This document shows, one piece after another, positions 38,514 to 50,500 of a stretch of DNA of 64,000 nucleotides. The notes beneath the pieces were generated by a model. The model had not been told where the DNA came from. It searched no databases and worked only from the letters and a program-made list of their open reading frames with translations. This DNA comes from Balanoglossus misakiensis (taxonomy: Eukaryota > Animalia > Hemichordata): NCBI GenBank assembly GCA_040954595.2, contig CM082582.2, positions 5,502,303 through 5,566,302 on the forward strand, in the 5' to 3' direction. Position numbers and translations under genes: made by a program. Position 1 is the stretch's first letter. Each line of letters starts with the position of its first letter.

Positions 38514-39229
38514 ATTCTAGTTTTCAGGAAGGGCCAGTTCAGTGATCCATTTACCCCTCCCCTCCAAAATTATGTTGCCAAGAAAGCCTGTCTATAAACA
38601 AATTGGGTCATACCAAAGCATCTAAAAAAAACGGGGGAGGAACCTCTCATCTCAGCCTCTGGCAAATACACATCTTAGTGCCTTGTCTTGCTTAACTCAG
38701 TTACCATCAGTGATAAATCTAGATCAGGCTAAAATGCAATAGTCCACATTGACCTTGCAATGATCAGGATCTTAGTTTTACTGATGTGGTTTGTGTATAA
38801 GTTTTAAGAACAGCAACGTGACTGCTCTTTGAGAATGACTCGCTTGGTAGTCTAAGCAATTAATTTGTACACCTGGTAGCTAAGCTCCTGTTTTCTTGTC
38901 CCAAATGGGTGTTAAATTTGCATTCTAGTATAAGCGTGAGAACCAGTTGCTGAAGTCTGATTACCATTTGATGTTGACTATACACTTCACACACACAGCC
39001 CCTATATTGACATTTATGAATAATGCTTAACTTTTCAGTTTTATCTTTCCAAATTTCTACAGTTGTACTGTGTTGTCATTTATTGTCAATTTGACTCTCA
39101 TACCGACTCGTAGTAGCATCAGTTACTTAGGGTAGAAAATAGTGTGCTTGAAAAAAGGGGTTTTATCAGCCTCCATTTCATTTCCAAGGACAACTTTGTT
39201 CATTGCAAAATTTGTTGAAGTTCATTATT

Positions 39230-39235
39230 AATAAA
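39230..39235 (+). terminator. Candidate poly(A) signal ending a SEPT7 3' UTR of about 3 kb
   Basis: AATAAA followed by U/GU-rich sequence after a long AU-rich tract. Usage is inferred. Confidence 0.4.
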
Positions 39236-41089
39236 GTAGCTCTTTGTCTTTTCAAATGTGACATGTAGATTGTATCTTCCAGAAGGTTTCAGAGTTAAAG
39301 CCCTGCAGTTAGTCCTGAAAATTTCCATTGTGTTTGAACCAAATGAAGCATTTCTTTCTTCCGTTGTTGAGAATCCAATATCCATTCCTTGTCTCTAACT
39401 GCCATTGTTATTGTATTTATTTGTCATTGTTTAGATTTAGGCTGTTTTCTAGCAGTGCTTAGAGGTACACTGACATGGTGAGACTATAACTTGGTATGAG
39501 AAAACGTCTGTTTCAGACTCCATATTGTAGCACCAGACAGCAGGACTGCCTGAAGGGCGCCCCCTACCACAGGATTCCTGCTTGGGGGCGCGCGCCGCGC
39601 CTCCATCATTAATAGTGATGGCATCCTCCAAACTGTGCTGTAGACTAGGGTCTATGTGTAGACACAGCGCAGGTGACAGACTGGTGGCTCAAATGAATCA
39701 AGTGTGGGCATCTTCAGCAAAAGTAAAGATGCAGCCTAGCTCTACATCTGATATTACTCAAATTGTCTCAAAGCCTACTACATGTACTACTGCCACCATC
39801 TTTAGAAAAGCTCGTTTCATCCAAACCTGTCACAGACCATTGGAGTTTACAGTAGAGAGGAATATGTTCTGTGAGCAGTCTAGAAATAAAGAGTCAACAC
39901 AAAACATCATACAGAATGTATCATTTTCAAGGTATATCAACAGCAAATGACCATTTTTTTCTTGCAAATGTACAATCAGTGTATGAGAGGGGAAAACAGA
40001 TTTTTTTTCTATTGAATGTGCTTCCATGATGTCTCCCTTTTTTGTTACATAAGTCAAACCACATTACATCAGGTAAAACCCAAACAATTTTCATCAAACA
40101 ATAAGTTTTTTTTTTCCTGTTCTGATTTATTTTTTATCAATTAAATATTAATGGCATTTATTCCCAGCAGTGTACAGGACTTTTTTTGTATCAAGTGTGT
40201 ATTTTTATGTTAAGTTTAACTTTTCCCAGTAGAAACGAACCAGTCAATTGATATAAGTCCCTAGTTCGTAGAAGAATAGGAAAATAATACAAAGCAATGT
40301 AACTTTGCCAGATAATAGCGTGACTATATTTCACAGTGCTGGTATCAGTGTTGCTTGAATTTCAGGTGTGTCAAAGACCAGTTTTAATTATTCTTTGCTC
40401 ATGCATCGGGTACAGTGTGTCCCCATAGAATTTTTTTATAGCAGATATCACTGAAAGAGACAAATAAAAATAACAGCACTGGAAATTTGAATGTTGTGTT
40501 TCTTGTTTTCTGGTCAGATTGTGTGTGTGTGTGTACATGCATATTGGCTCTTTTTGCAATCTTTCCAATGAGTGATCCAACCCTCTCCTGATACAAATCC
40601 ATGATGGACCTGAAATAACTGAATAAGCTTGAAACTAGGAGTGGAGCGAAAAAATCCCAACACTAACCCTAACCCTTGAATATACCCTAACATGTCAACA
40701 AACAAGGGTGACCATATGTGTTTGTTTATTATGCCAATCAATAACAACAAACAAACACACTCACAATGAAAGCACGGAGGGAGCGCCCCCTGTGTCCCCA
40801 CTTGAGTATTGTGTACGTTTTCGGTGTTTATGTCGTCATGCGCCATTATAACTTTCTAACTTTTTTAATATCAACAATAGTGGGTGTGGACTGGGAAAGG
40901 GGTCAACGTTCTGATTTTGGAGGGCGTTACTATCATCTTTGATAATTGATGAATCGATGTACCAGAGAAGAATTGATGTGTCGGCCGCTTAGGGTGTGGT
41001 TTAGCTAACTTTGATATACAGAATACAGTATAAGACATGCGGTTGTGTCAGTCATCCAAGTTCAATAAACTTTGTTTCGGTCATTTAGT

Positions 41090-41261
41090 TAGGCCTGCGC
41101 AGTGACCCCTGACCTCCAGCTGGTTTCGTCGCCAATGTGTACAGCAACAGGGGGAAGGACGTGCCGACGTCAGACCGAGCGATGTTTCGACCGTTTCTGT
41201 ACAACATAGCCCAAATGTGAGACGGAAAATCTACCAGTATGATAAGGTGACGACCATGAAG
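41090..41261 (+). promoter_or_regulatory. EEPD1: Putative EEPD1 promoter and non-coding first exon
   Basis: CpG-enriched patch ending in a strong AAG|GTAAGA donor, upstream of the acceptor at 46484-46485. The start boundary is approximate. Confidence 0.55.
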
Positions 41262-41637
41262 GTAAGATTTTAGCCAAAAGATCTTATTATTTTGAAATGT
41301 TCATTTCATCAGCGTTCACTTTCATGGACGTACGTGCTGTCGATGTCAACCATGTTTATTTGGCTTGCGTTCTGCAATATACAATGGTGCCAACCATTTT
41401 CTCGTCGATGATACTCCACGGATGGAATATTTTTTTCACCATATGTATGTTTTCTTTGGAAATAACATGGAAAGAAGCCTGCAAACGTGTGATATGTATA
41501 TCATTTTTTGTCAACATTTAACATTTCGTTTAAAATAGTTCGTCTGCTGTGGTACTGGTGATGTGTATCACTGTACCAGCAAATGTATTATCCAGCTACA
41601 GTCACAGTAGTGTAGGTTTCATTCTCGCGTCTCACGC

Positions 41638-41682
41638 TAGCCCGGAGACACAGGCGTCGATCTAGAATACGTCTCCGGGCTA
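41638..41682. mobile_element. 45-bp internally deleted TAG...CTA element with a perfect 9-bp TSD
   Basis: GTCTCACGC|TAGCCCGGAGAC...GTCTCCGGGCTA|GTCTCACGC; it matches the reverse complement of 6862-6926. Confidence 0.85.
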
Positions 41683-43127
41683 GTCTCACGCATACACGGC
41701 CCGGCATGGCAGTCATGATATGATGAAAAGTTCTTTCAACCAGGCAACAGCGTTTACATTTATCATTAACAATGAAATAACCTTATTGTATTGCAACCTT
41801 TGACTAATTCAAAGTCCGTATCTGAAGAGGTACATGTACGGTACTCCAACATGCCCCAGTTGTGGATGAGTGTCCGCGTGGCCAGTCAGATCAGATTTAT
41901 AAATAGAAATATCATTTCAGCTGGTATGAAATGTAGAGAGAGACAAGCGTTATTGTTAAGGCCTGAGATGTTCTGTGAACAATGACAGTGTAGAAAACGA
42001 CATGTTCAATGTTGCAAAATTCCCAAGGATGAAAATGTAATTTCTAGCTCTGTATTAAAAAGCAGAAAACTCATTTATGATATAGCCCTGAAATTTTGTA
42101 TCACTTCATGGACATTACAAAATATTCACAAAACAAATTTTAGGATCATTTGAAGAGGCAAGTTGATAAGGTGAGACTAAAAGTTATGATTACCCCGTTT
42201 GTGGTAACTTTGGTGTATGAAGATCTATACGTACAATGTATTGAGATTTGGTATCTGCCTAGACGGAAGAGTAGAAGCTGTCTATATATGGTACTGAAAA
42301 GAACAACCACATTGTTATGTCACTTTTGAGGCGTGTAACAGCTAAACGGATTGCCTGTTAACAGGGGTTAAGCGAAGTTCAACAAAGAGCAGGCATGTCT
42401 CATAAAGGTGGTTCTTTACGGGGTTTAGGGGTGGGGCAGTGGGTGCAAAGCGACCAAATGTAGTGGGAGGATTTTTGAAATATGTAAATAGGAATTTAGC
42501 ACCGCCTTACTTTAGTACAAAAAAATTGGTGGTGATAAACACAATGGACTGATAGCGTGCTGTTTACATCTTTGAGTATAAGAAATAAATCAAGTTTGAA
42601 TTTCTTTGGTTAAAGAAAAAGATTTCTTGGTGGAGGACTAAGCAAACGGTCAATAAAAAAAGTCCAAGTAGCCAGTTATAAGCTACTGGCACTTAACTAC
42701 ACCTGTGTGCAAAGGTAGAAATGTCAAGATATGTGTCTGACTCTAAAGAGGTGTGTGGCCAATATTTGCAATGTGCAGGCCACACAACCCAGGCCATGAG
42801 TTTAGTGGGTGGTAGCACATAAAGTTTGATTGTGTAGTTATGTGTATAGGCATTACAAGGTTCTGAGAGCCACCAGGCATCATAGTAACATTTCTAATCG
42901 GCTTTGCATTTTTCTAGTAACTGTGACTCTATGTAAACATCATTCAGCTCTGTCATGCAGCTGACTAGTATATGATTTGCTGTGAATTTTATTTGATTCA
43001 CACAATGGCTTTGAAACGAATCATACCAGACTGCTATCTACTATGTAGGTCACTATTGAATTGAAGTAAAACACGCCTCATAAAGCCAACAATTGAATAA
43101 GTGGCTTTTTCACATTGGGTCCAGACA

Positions 43128-44248
43128 ATTAACAGTTAACTCTGATTTCTGCAAAGTTTGTGATTGGTGTCGGGCTAATAAACTCACTATCAATGTTGAC
43201 AAAACAAATTATATGATAGTGAAAACATCCCGCAAACATGTAGTCATCAATGGGACTTTAGATATTGACGGGAAAAGACTAGATTGTGTCCCATCAGCCA
43301 CATACTTGGGGGTCACTCTCGATCAAAATATCAACTGGAAAACGCATATCCAGAGGGTCGTAAAAACTATTGCCCCGAAAATCGGTATTATCTCTCAACT
43401 TCGCCACTTTGTTCCAAAATATATTCTTCTCCTGCTCTACAACTCGCTTATCCTCCCACACATCACTTACTGCATCGAAATTTGGGGCAATACTTTTACG
43501 ACTTTCTTGGAACCAATTTTTCTTTTACAAAAGAAAATCACTCGCCTGATAACGTTTTCCGACTTCCGTGCCCACACTCCCCCCTTATTTAGACAGCTTG
43601 GTATCTTAGACGTTTTTAAGTTATGTAAATTTCAAACTTGTCTTTTTGTTTTTGATATGTTAAACGACCATTATGCCCAGGACAAAACCCGTTATATTCA
43701 CTCTATTCCCCACAACTATCCCACCCGTTTTTCCACTGATGAAAACTTTTATATACCCAGAATTAGTCTTACACAAAGTAAACACCACATAAAATATGCA
43801 GCAACCAATCTATGGAATTCCCTCCCAATACATATAAAAAGGATCACATCTCGACACTCATTTAAGAAAATGTTAAAAGCCCACCTTCTCCATGACGAAC
43901 AGATTGCGTAAGACTTCCACCGATTTTCTGATTTACAAGACCATGTATTTATCTATTTAACTTTGTCAATTTATTTATATATCCATTTTATTTCCCTGCC
44001 AAATATTGTTTACTTCTTTTATAGTATATAATTGACTCCTCAGTTCAGCACTCGTGTATTTTCCTTTTTCAATTGGAATCTTCCATTTGTACTGGTCACG
44101 GACTAGACTAGTTCCTAACGAACTAATTCCGTGACCATATCGGATGAATAGTATTTTATCTTTTTCTTTGTTCCAATATTCATATGTATATAATTTTTTC
44201 ATTCGATAAAATAAATCAATTACAAATTACAATTACAAATTACAAATT
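43128..44248 (+). mobile_element. 5'-truncated non-LTR retrotransposon (CR1/L2-group): RT C-terminus, 3' UTR and (TTACAAA)n tail
   Basis: The ORF to 43911 contains WCRANKLTINVDKT, YLGVTLDQNINWKTHI, LYNSLILPHITYCIEIWG, LQKKITRLI and LWNSLP. AATAAA followed by short tandem repeats at about 44210-44248. Confidence 0.92.
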
Positions 44249-46542
44249 AAAATACCAGATAACTGCTTTGGAATAGAATCAATGACATGCACTCAGCTTG
44301 GCATTTACTACCAATTGTCATATGGGGAAATCCTTCCATTGATTGTATCATAACTTGCTGGTCAACTTACTTCTGTCAAGCCTTATCAATATCAGATATC
44401 ACATTTCACTTTACATGGTCTTACCAAACTTTTCTCTTGAGAATAACAATTTAGCTGAAGTTGTGACTTAAGTTTATGTGAGCAAATTTCAGTGAAAATA
44501 TTCACAAAATCTTCCGATGTTATCACAAAGTATATACACAACTTTATGAATGATGGATACATGTTTGACAAACCATATGTGAAGCGTAGAATTCAAATGC
44601 AGCATGGTTCAAACAAGACCACGTGTATAAAATGACCTTTGAAATATAGTATAATGCCAACATATGCTCTCTACCACGTGTATTTGTTTGCCCTATCATC
44701 ATGTAACTTCTTCAGCATACTTTTTTTCTGGAGAACGCTAGTGCAGTCTTTGCATGATATATTCCATAGTAGGCCTGTTCCAGGATAATTCATATGTAGG
44801 TTATGTAACTAGAAAGGTTCCAGTTGGCAAGAGCATTGAATATGTGTTACACGCTGTAAATATGTGGATTTAAATGTCATATAAAAATTGAAGTCAACAA
44901 AAAGTAGACAGCCACGTACATACACATGTATCTGAAGATCAAATTTGATAATGTTAATCATAGAAATGTGAAACAAAATTTTCAGTTTTCCCTCTTTGTA
45001 CACTCTATTTTCTGTCTTTCGTGTTCCTGGTAACAGCTGGTTTATGCATGTCAAACATAGATAACACAAGCTCGTCAAAGAAAAAGTTTTCGTGATACAT
45101 CAGTTGGAAATTGAACAATAAAATAATTTCCACCAAAGCAACAGTGGTAAAATTTGATATTGTAGCACGATAACAGTAGCTTCCTAACTACCAACAGTGC
45201 CTATCAGTTGTGTGTTTGCTGTCTCACAGCAGCTTCTGACCTGCTGAGGTCATTATGTAATCTTCTTATGTTGTAAAGATAGATTGGTAGACAGAACAAT
45301 TACTCAGCTAGGCTACTGTGTCAACTACTTAACAGATAGTCTGATGGACTGTGATTGGAATCTTAAGTAACTGTCCTCAGTTATGGTATTCACGACAACT
45401 GGAAACACACTATTATCAATGTTTTAAATTCTTGAAACCGATCTCTTTCCCGTAGATGTCTGTAGTAATCATTTGAACTGTGCTTAGTTGACATTAATAA
45501 CCAAACCTATGCTGTCTCATAAAATCAGTTTTGTTGTCTAAATAGCCATGATTGAAACTGCAAGCTCTTGGTGTTTCAATCATGCATTTCAAGGTAATAT
45601 CTCTTCCGTGTATGGGTATTGTGTCTGGCTTTACTCAATGTTTGATCATTAACAAATGCTTTGATGTAATTGGCTCGTAACTAGACTATTTTAATTTAAC
45701 TTGGTCGGAAATATACAAGTGACTGGACAAGTCAAAAGATAAAAAAATGACGAGTTTGGGTTTATAATTTTCACTCTAACCACCTGTTGGACTTGCGTTG
45801 AAATGTTTCAATTCTAAAATTGTCTTTCTTCTCTACGTTGTACCACATAGCCCAAGTAGAGACTTGTAAAACAAAAAAATTAAATGTCCTATGACAGTGT
45901 ATGAGTCACCATTTACCTTGCAAAATAACCTTTAGTAGGTGGGGGTGTCAAGGTTTGGGGGTTAATCTACCATCCTAGTAACCAAATAATATAAAAATAA
46001 AATAAAGCGAATTTATATAAAACTGTTTGCCAACATGGTTTGGTTACCAGACAATCAGCATAATAAAAAAATAATATAAATGTTTTATTATGGATTCTTA
46101 CAAACCAAAATTATTTTTATAGTGGTTCTACAGTAGGTCTTTGTTGGTATAAACTATCCTTGCATGACCTTTTACCTCTAGAGTGAATCACCCAGATGAG
46201 CCACTACTATCTAACAACAGACGAGGATAGGTTAATCGATAACAGACTGTTGGCTCTTTTGTATCAGATGTGGCAGGTGGGTGCGACCGTTGTGGGGCCA
46301 GTTTCTGGATTATTTCGGCAGCCAGTCCTCGAAACATTCGTTGAAGTTGTGTAATTTTACGTCGGCCCTTGTTGATGTGTAAGTTGTGTGTGAGAATTTA
46401 CTTGTTTGAAAGGTATTAGGTGTAATACATATATTATTAGGATAACTGTAACATCTCTATTCTTTTGTCTGTTGGTTTTTCGCAGCTGTGCTGAATAGTC
46501 CTGACCGAGAACAGTGACGATCACCAACCAAGATCAGCAAAC

Positions 46543-47513
46543 ATGGGGAATAACATGGTCACTACATGCTGCGGACGGTGCCCCAAGAAGAGCCGGCTCC
46601 GGAGCGACTACGATCTGGTGCCGCACGTGAAGGGTCGCAAGCGCGGCGATGTGAGCGCCACGTACAGCGCCAAGGACCTGACGTACACCTTCAACAAGTT
46701 GAACATCAACACGGCCACGGAGGAGGAGTTGATGACACTGCCCGGGGTGACTCGCATCGTGGCCAGGAACATTTTCGAGTACCGGAAGCAGATCGGCGGC
46801 TTCCGGAAAGTCGAGGACCTGGCGCTGGTGACCGGGGTCGGGGCGGTCAAGCTGGCGCACATCCGACCCGAGATCTGCACGGGCTCCGGCGCCAAGAACG
46901 GGAACGGAACGCCGATGGGAAGCGACGGCGGGATTTCCCGGAGTTCTTCGGCCACTGGGAGTCGCATCAACGCCGCCGCGTCCCAGCACGCGCAGCAGAA
47001 CCACACGTCGAAGCCCACTGATGTCAACACTGCCACCGTAGTACAGCTCAGTCGAACTAACGGCCTGGGCGAACACCTCGCCAAGAAGATAATACATTAC
47101 CGGAACACCCACGGACCCTTCCACACGTACGAGGAGATCCGGGACATCCCGGGAATCGGCCAGGCCACCCTGGACAGAATACACGATCACGTCACCCTCG
47201 GGGAACTGGAACACGCCAACAAGCCGGTGAGCTTCACCATCGGGGACGCGCCGTACAGGCGAAGGCTGCACAGGACTAACAGCCGCAGCAGCTACACCCA
47301 GACGGACTTTGCGATGCTGCACCTGCCGATTGTGCCGGCCACGAAGCCGGAGACCGCCGACGTGATCCGGGACCCGGTGGAGGAGTTCACGGGAGTCAAG
47401 AACGGTTTGCCGGTCATCAGGATCGGGAGCTGGAACCTGACCAGGTTCAGCAAGGAGAAAGCGTCAAACCGCGGGGTCATGGAGGTGGTGTGTAGAACCA
47501 TTCTCGAAAATGG
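46543..47513 (+). CDS. EEPD1: EEPD1 first coding exon (two HhH modules and the start of the EEP domain)
   Basis: Matches ORF 46543..47517, with donor GG|GTAAGT. Confidence 0.96.
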
Positions 47514-50500
47514 GTAAGTGTGTGAAATTTTGAATTCAATTAAAGGGACAAAGTCTCTCTCTCTCTCGCTGCCCTTTTTTCCATTAATCACATTTAATAC
47601 AAGACACCATGTATGTTAATGTACATGTTTATATGTAGTGAATGAATGTTCAACCACACGCAATTCCATCCCGCTTGTAGGATATGAGAGTAAAAATTCA
47701 CCCAAAATGAATAAATGGTAAACACCGATTATTCATTTTGGTTAGTTTATTCACTCTCATGTCTAGAAACAGGATGGAAGGTGTGTGTGGTTGAACGTTG
47801 ATTCACTATATATCCACATACACATTAACATAAACAGTGTCTTGTATCAAACATAATTAATGGAAAAAGGGCAGCGAGAGAGAGAGATACTTTGTCCCTT
47901 TAAATGTAGCACTGCAGTTGTCCCAACTCCAAATGAACACATTCTCCAGTAAATAAGCCTCGCAGCAATAAAGCACTTACATGCTTTTGTACTATTCTCT
48001 CATGGGTCACTCACTGGCATCATCACCTGTTGTGCTGTCTGGTTCTGTTCAAGTGGAAAATGATAGCAGAACAGGTGAAGACGCCAAGGTGTCTATATTT
48101 CAAGAGCAGTCTGATGTTATGTTCAATCAAACCCCCCAGACTGGGCCTTTAATGTACTTTATTTGAGACTGAAAGAGCTATTACAGTAGATTCAGGGGGA
48201 GGTACCAGTAGTAGGAGGAAGTTTAATGAGAAATAAGTTTGTAATCAGACATTGAACTTTACTCTAATGAAAAAGTTGCTGTGCTGTTGACACAACCGTG
48301 GCCATGACAACAGCAGAAGCCTCCTTTTGTTACACACCTCCAACTGAAGGCAAAATCTGTCTGAAACAATAACTGTATTTAAAAATAAACTCTTCAAGGA
48401 GAGCTAGCATTTTATGGCACTTTTATAAAAAGTGTTTTATTCTTTCAATGACAGTGTTCTTCTTTTGATAAAACAATTCCAGTGTCACTGGCAACAGGTG
48501 TACTTTGGAAAGAGATTTGATTGCACGGCTTAATTCATTTTGGCCAAGTTGCAGATTTCTTTCTTTGCTCGGGTCAATATGCAGTATAGTATAGGCAAAG
48601 TTTAATCAGTGGCAATCAATTTATAAGATACAGGTGTCTGCCAAGTGTAGATGACAACATGTCATGATTGCCTATCAAATGTTCATTGCCGTAAGATTTT
48701 CAGTGATCAGATCTGTTTGCCTTCATGTCTGTCTTTGTCAGTCGGTCTGTTCATCTTTCTGACCGCTATCTTTATTGTTCCATTCTTCATTTCATGCGCA
48801 ACCTAAATGCTTCTTTGATTCCTGTTTCTGTTTTGGACTTTGTAAACCGAAAATATTGTTTCCATTTGCACGTACTTTATAAAATATTAAATTAAGAAGT
48901 TCAAAACTATGAAATATAATAAGCCTGTGGTATACTTGATAGAAGGTAACATTAGAATTTAAGGTATTTATTATCATCAATATAATTGAAGTCGTGTTTT
49001 GAGGGTCACACTTAAAACTATGGTCATGTCAACATAACCTTGGTGTATACTATATAAGGGTATTAGCATACTGTCAATCAATGTTTATGGATCCATGTGA
49101 AAATAATGAGTTTTAATAGCTTGTTTGTGCAGCACAAGGGTGGTGGTAGTGTATTGTTGCATTCATAGTGGAGGCTAACCAGTGTAAAAACAGAATACTT
49201 TAGATGATGATAAGGGGTTTTTACCTGTATGAGTCAGGGTTATTTATTAAACGTACATGTCATTCCGGGCATTGTATTCAAGTTAGTTCCGGGTTGTTGA
49301 AGGAAGTTTCGCATCCATTAGTGCAACTACCTTCTGTGAAATTGGAAACTTTCCAGTGTGACTTGTAATATTTCTATGCGCACTCACCAGACACAGGCTC
49401 AGGTGTGGCCCAGGCTATGGTTCAGTTCATCTCTATCATCATCACTTCTATGCTGGTGTCTTATAATACTTATTTATTGTACATAATTGATTTGTTTCCC
49501 ATGCAATGACTTCCGCAAGTTTCAACTGGTTCTTGTGCTGTACATAAGAAAAATCTGTGGTTTCTGAAAATTACACTTTGAAAATCATAATTTGCCATCG
49601 CATTGTTTGAAATATCAAATAAACTTTTGTTATCCAGTAAAATGGGATTATTAGTTTACTTTTTATTTGGTTGGGAAGTGCTGGAGTGGATATGTCTCGT
49701 TATGCCAAGTTTACAGTGACTTTCATTTTGTTTGTATAGCAACAACAGTAACCATGACAAATTCACAACAGAGATTATACCCATAAATAAAGTACACGTA
49801 GAGTTACTCTGTAGGGCATGCAAACAATACAGAAATCTCTCCGTATTATCGAAGCTTGCAAACCTTTCAGTTTACATGCAAGTACATGTATGCTTAGAAA
49901 GTTTAATAAAAAAAGGCTAAACCTTAACCATTCATTGTATTGCCTAAAAGTAAACGCACACCTGTTAATGTATTAGTGGTCTTTATGAAAAGAGTGATTA
50001 TACAACTATGTGGACAGTCAGATTGCCCTGTAGTGAAATGGATGAAAACATACCAGATATTCATAACTGACGGAGACAATGTTGAGGAAAATATCCTGTT
50101 TTTTATTTAGCGTAGATTTCTGGCAACAGATGTTTGCCTCGGTAAAATGAAAAAAGTGATGAACATTGGAGTGAATGAATGGTGCATGAAATGCTATCAC
50201 ACCCCCAGCATTTATCTAATGGCTATGCCGCTATTCACTTTCACGTATTGAGCTGTAAACTAGACTAGCAGAGTTCTTTGTCGCAGGCTTTTACACACAA
50301 ACAAACATGACAAAGACATGATGTATTATTTTGGTGAATAAGGCTCAAACAGTTTTGGTGTTTTAATACCCCATTGCAGTTCAAAACATTACTTTGTATA
50401 AAGAGGGAAGTGAATTGTCCATGAGTGGATGGTGTCTTGCTAACTGTAAACATTTTGGGAAGAAACATAATAAAATATTGGTAGATAAAATTTGGCCACT

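Noticed and set aside
40655-40692. TAACCC telomere-like units
   Set aside because: Only two or three imperfect units, too short to call a telomeric or Helentron feature.
43093-43127. TTG-started N-terminus of the 272-aa ORF as a real gene start
   Set aside because: It is chance in-frame flank upstream of the LINE truncation point.
46534-47322. 262-aa antisense ORF and other overlapping ORFs in the EEPD1 exon
   Set aside because: Expected from high GC3 depleting stop codons in alternative frames.
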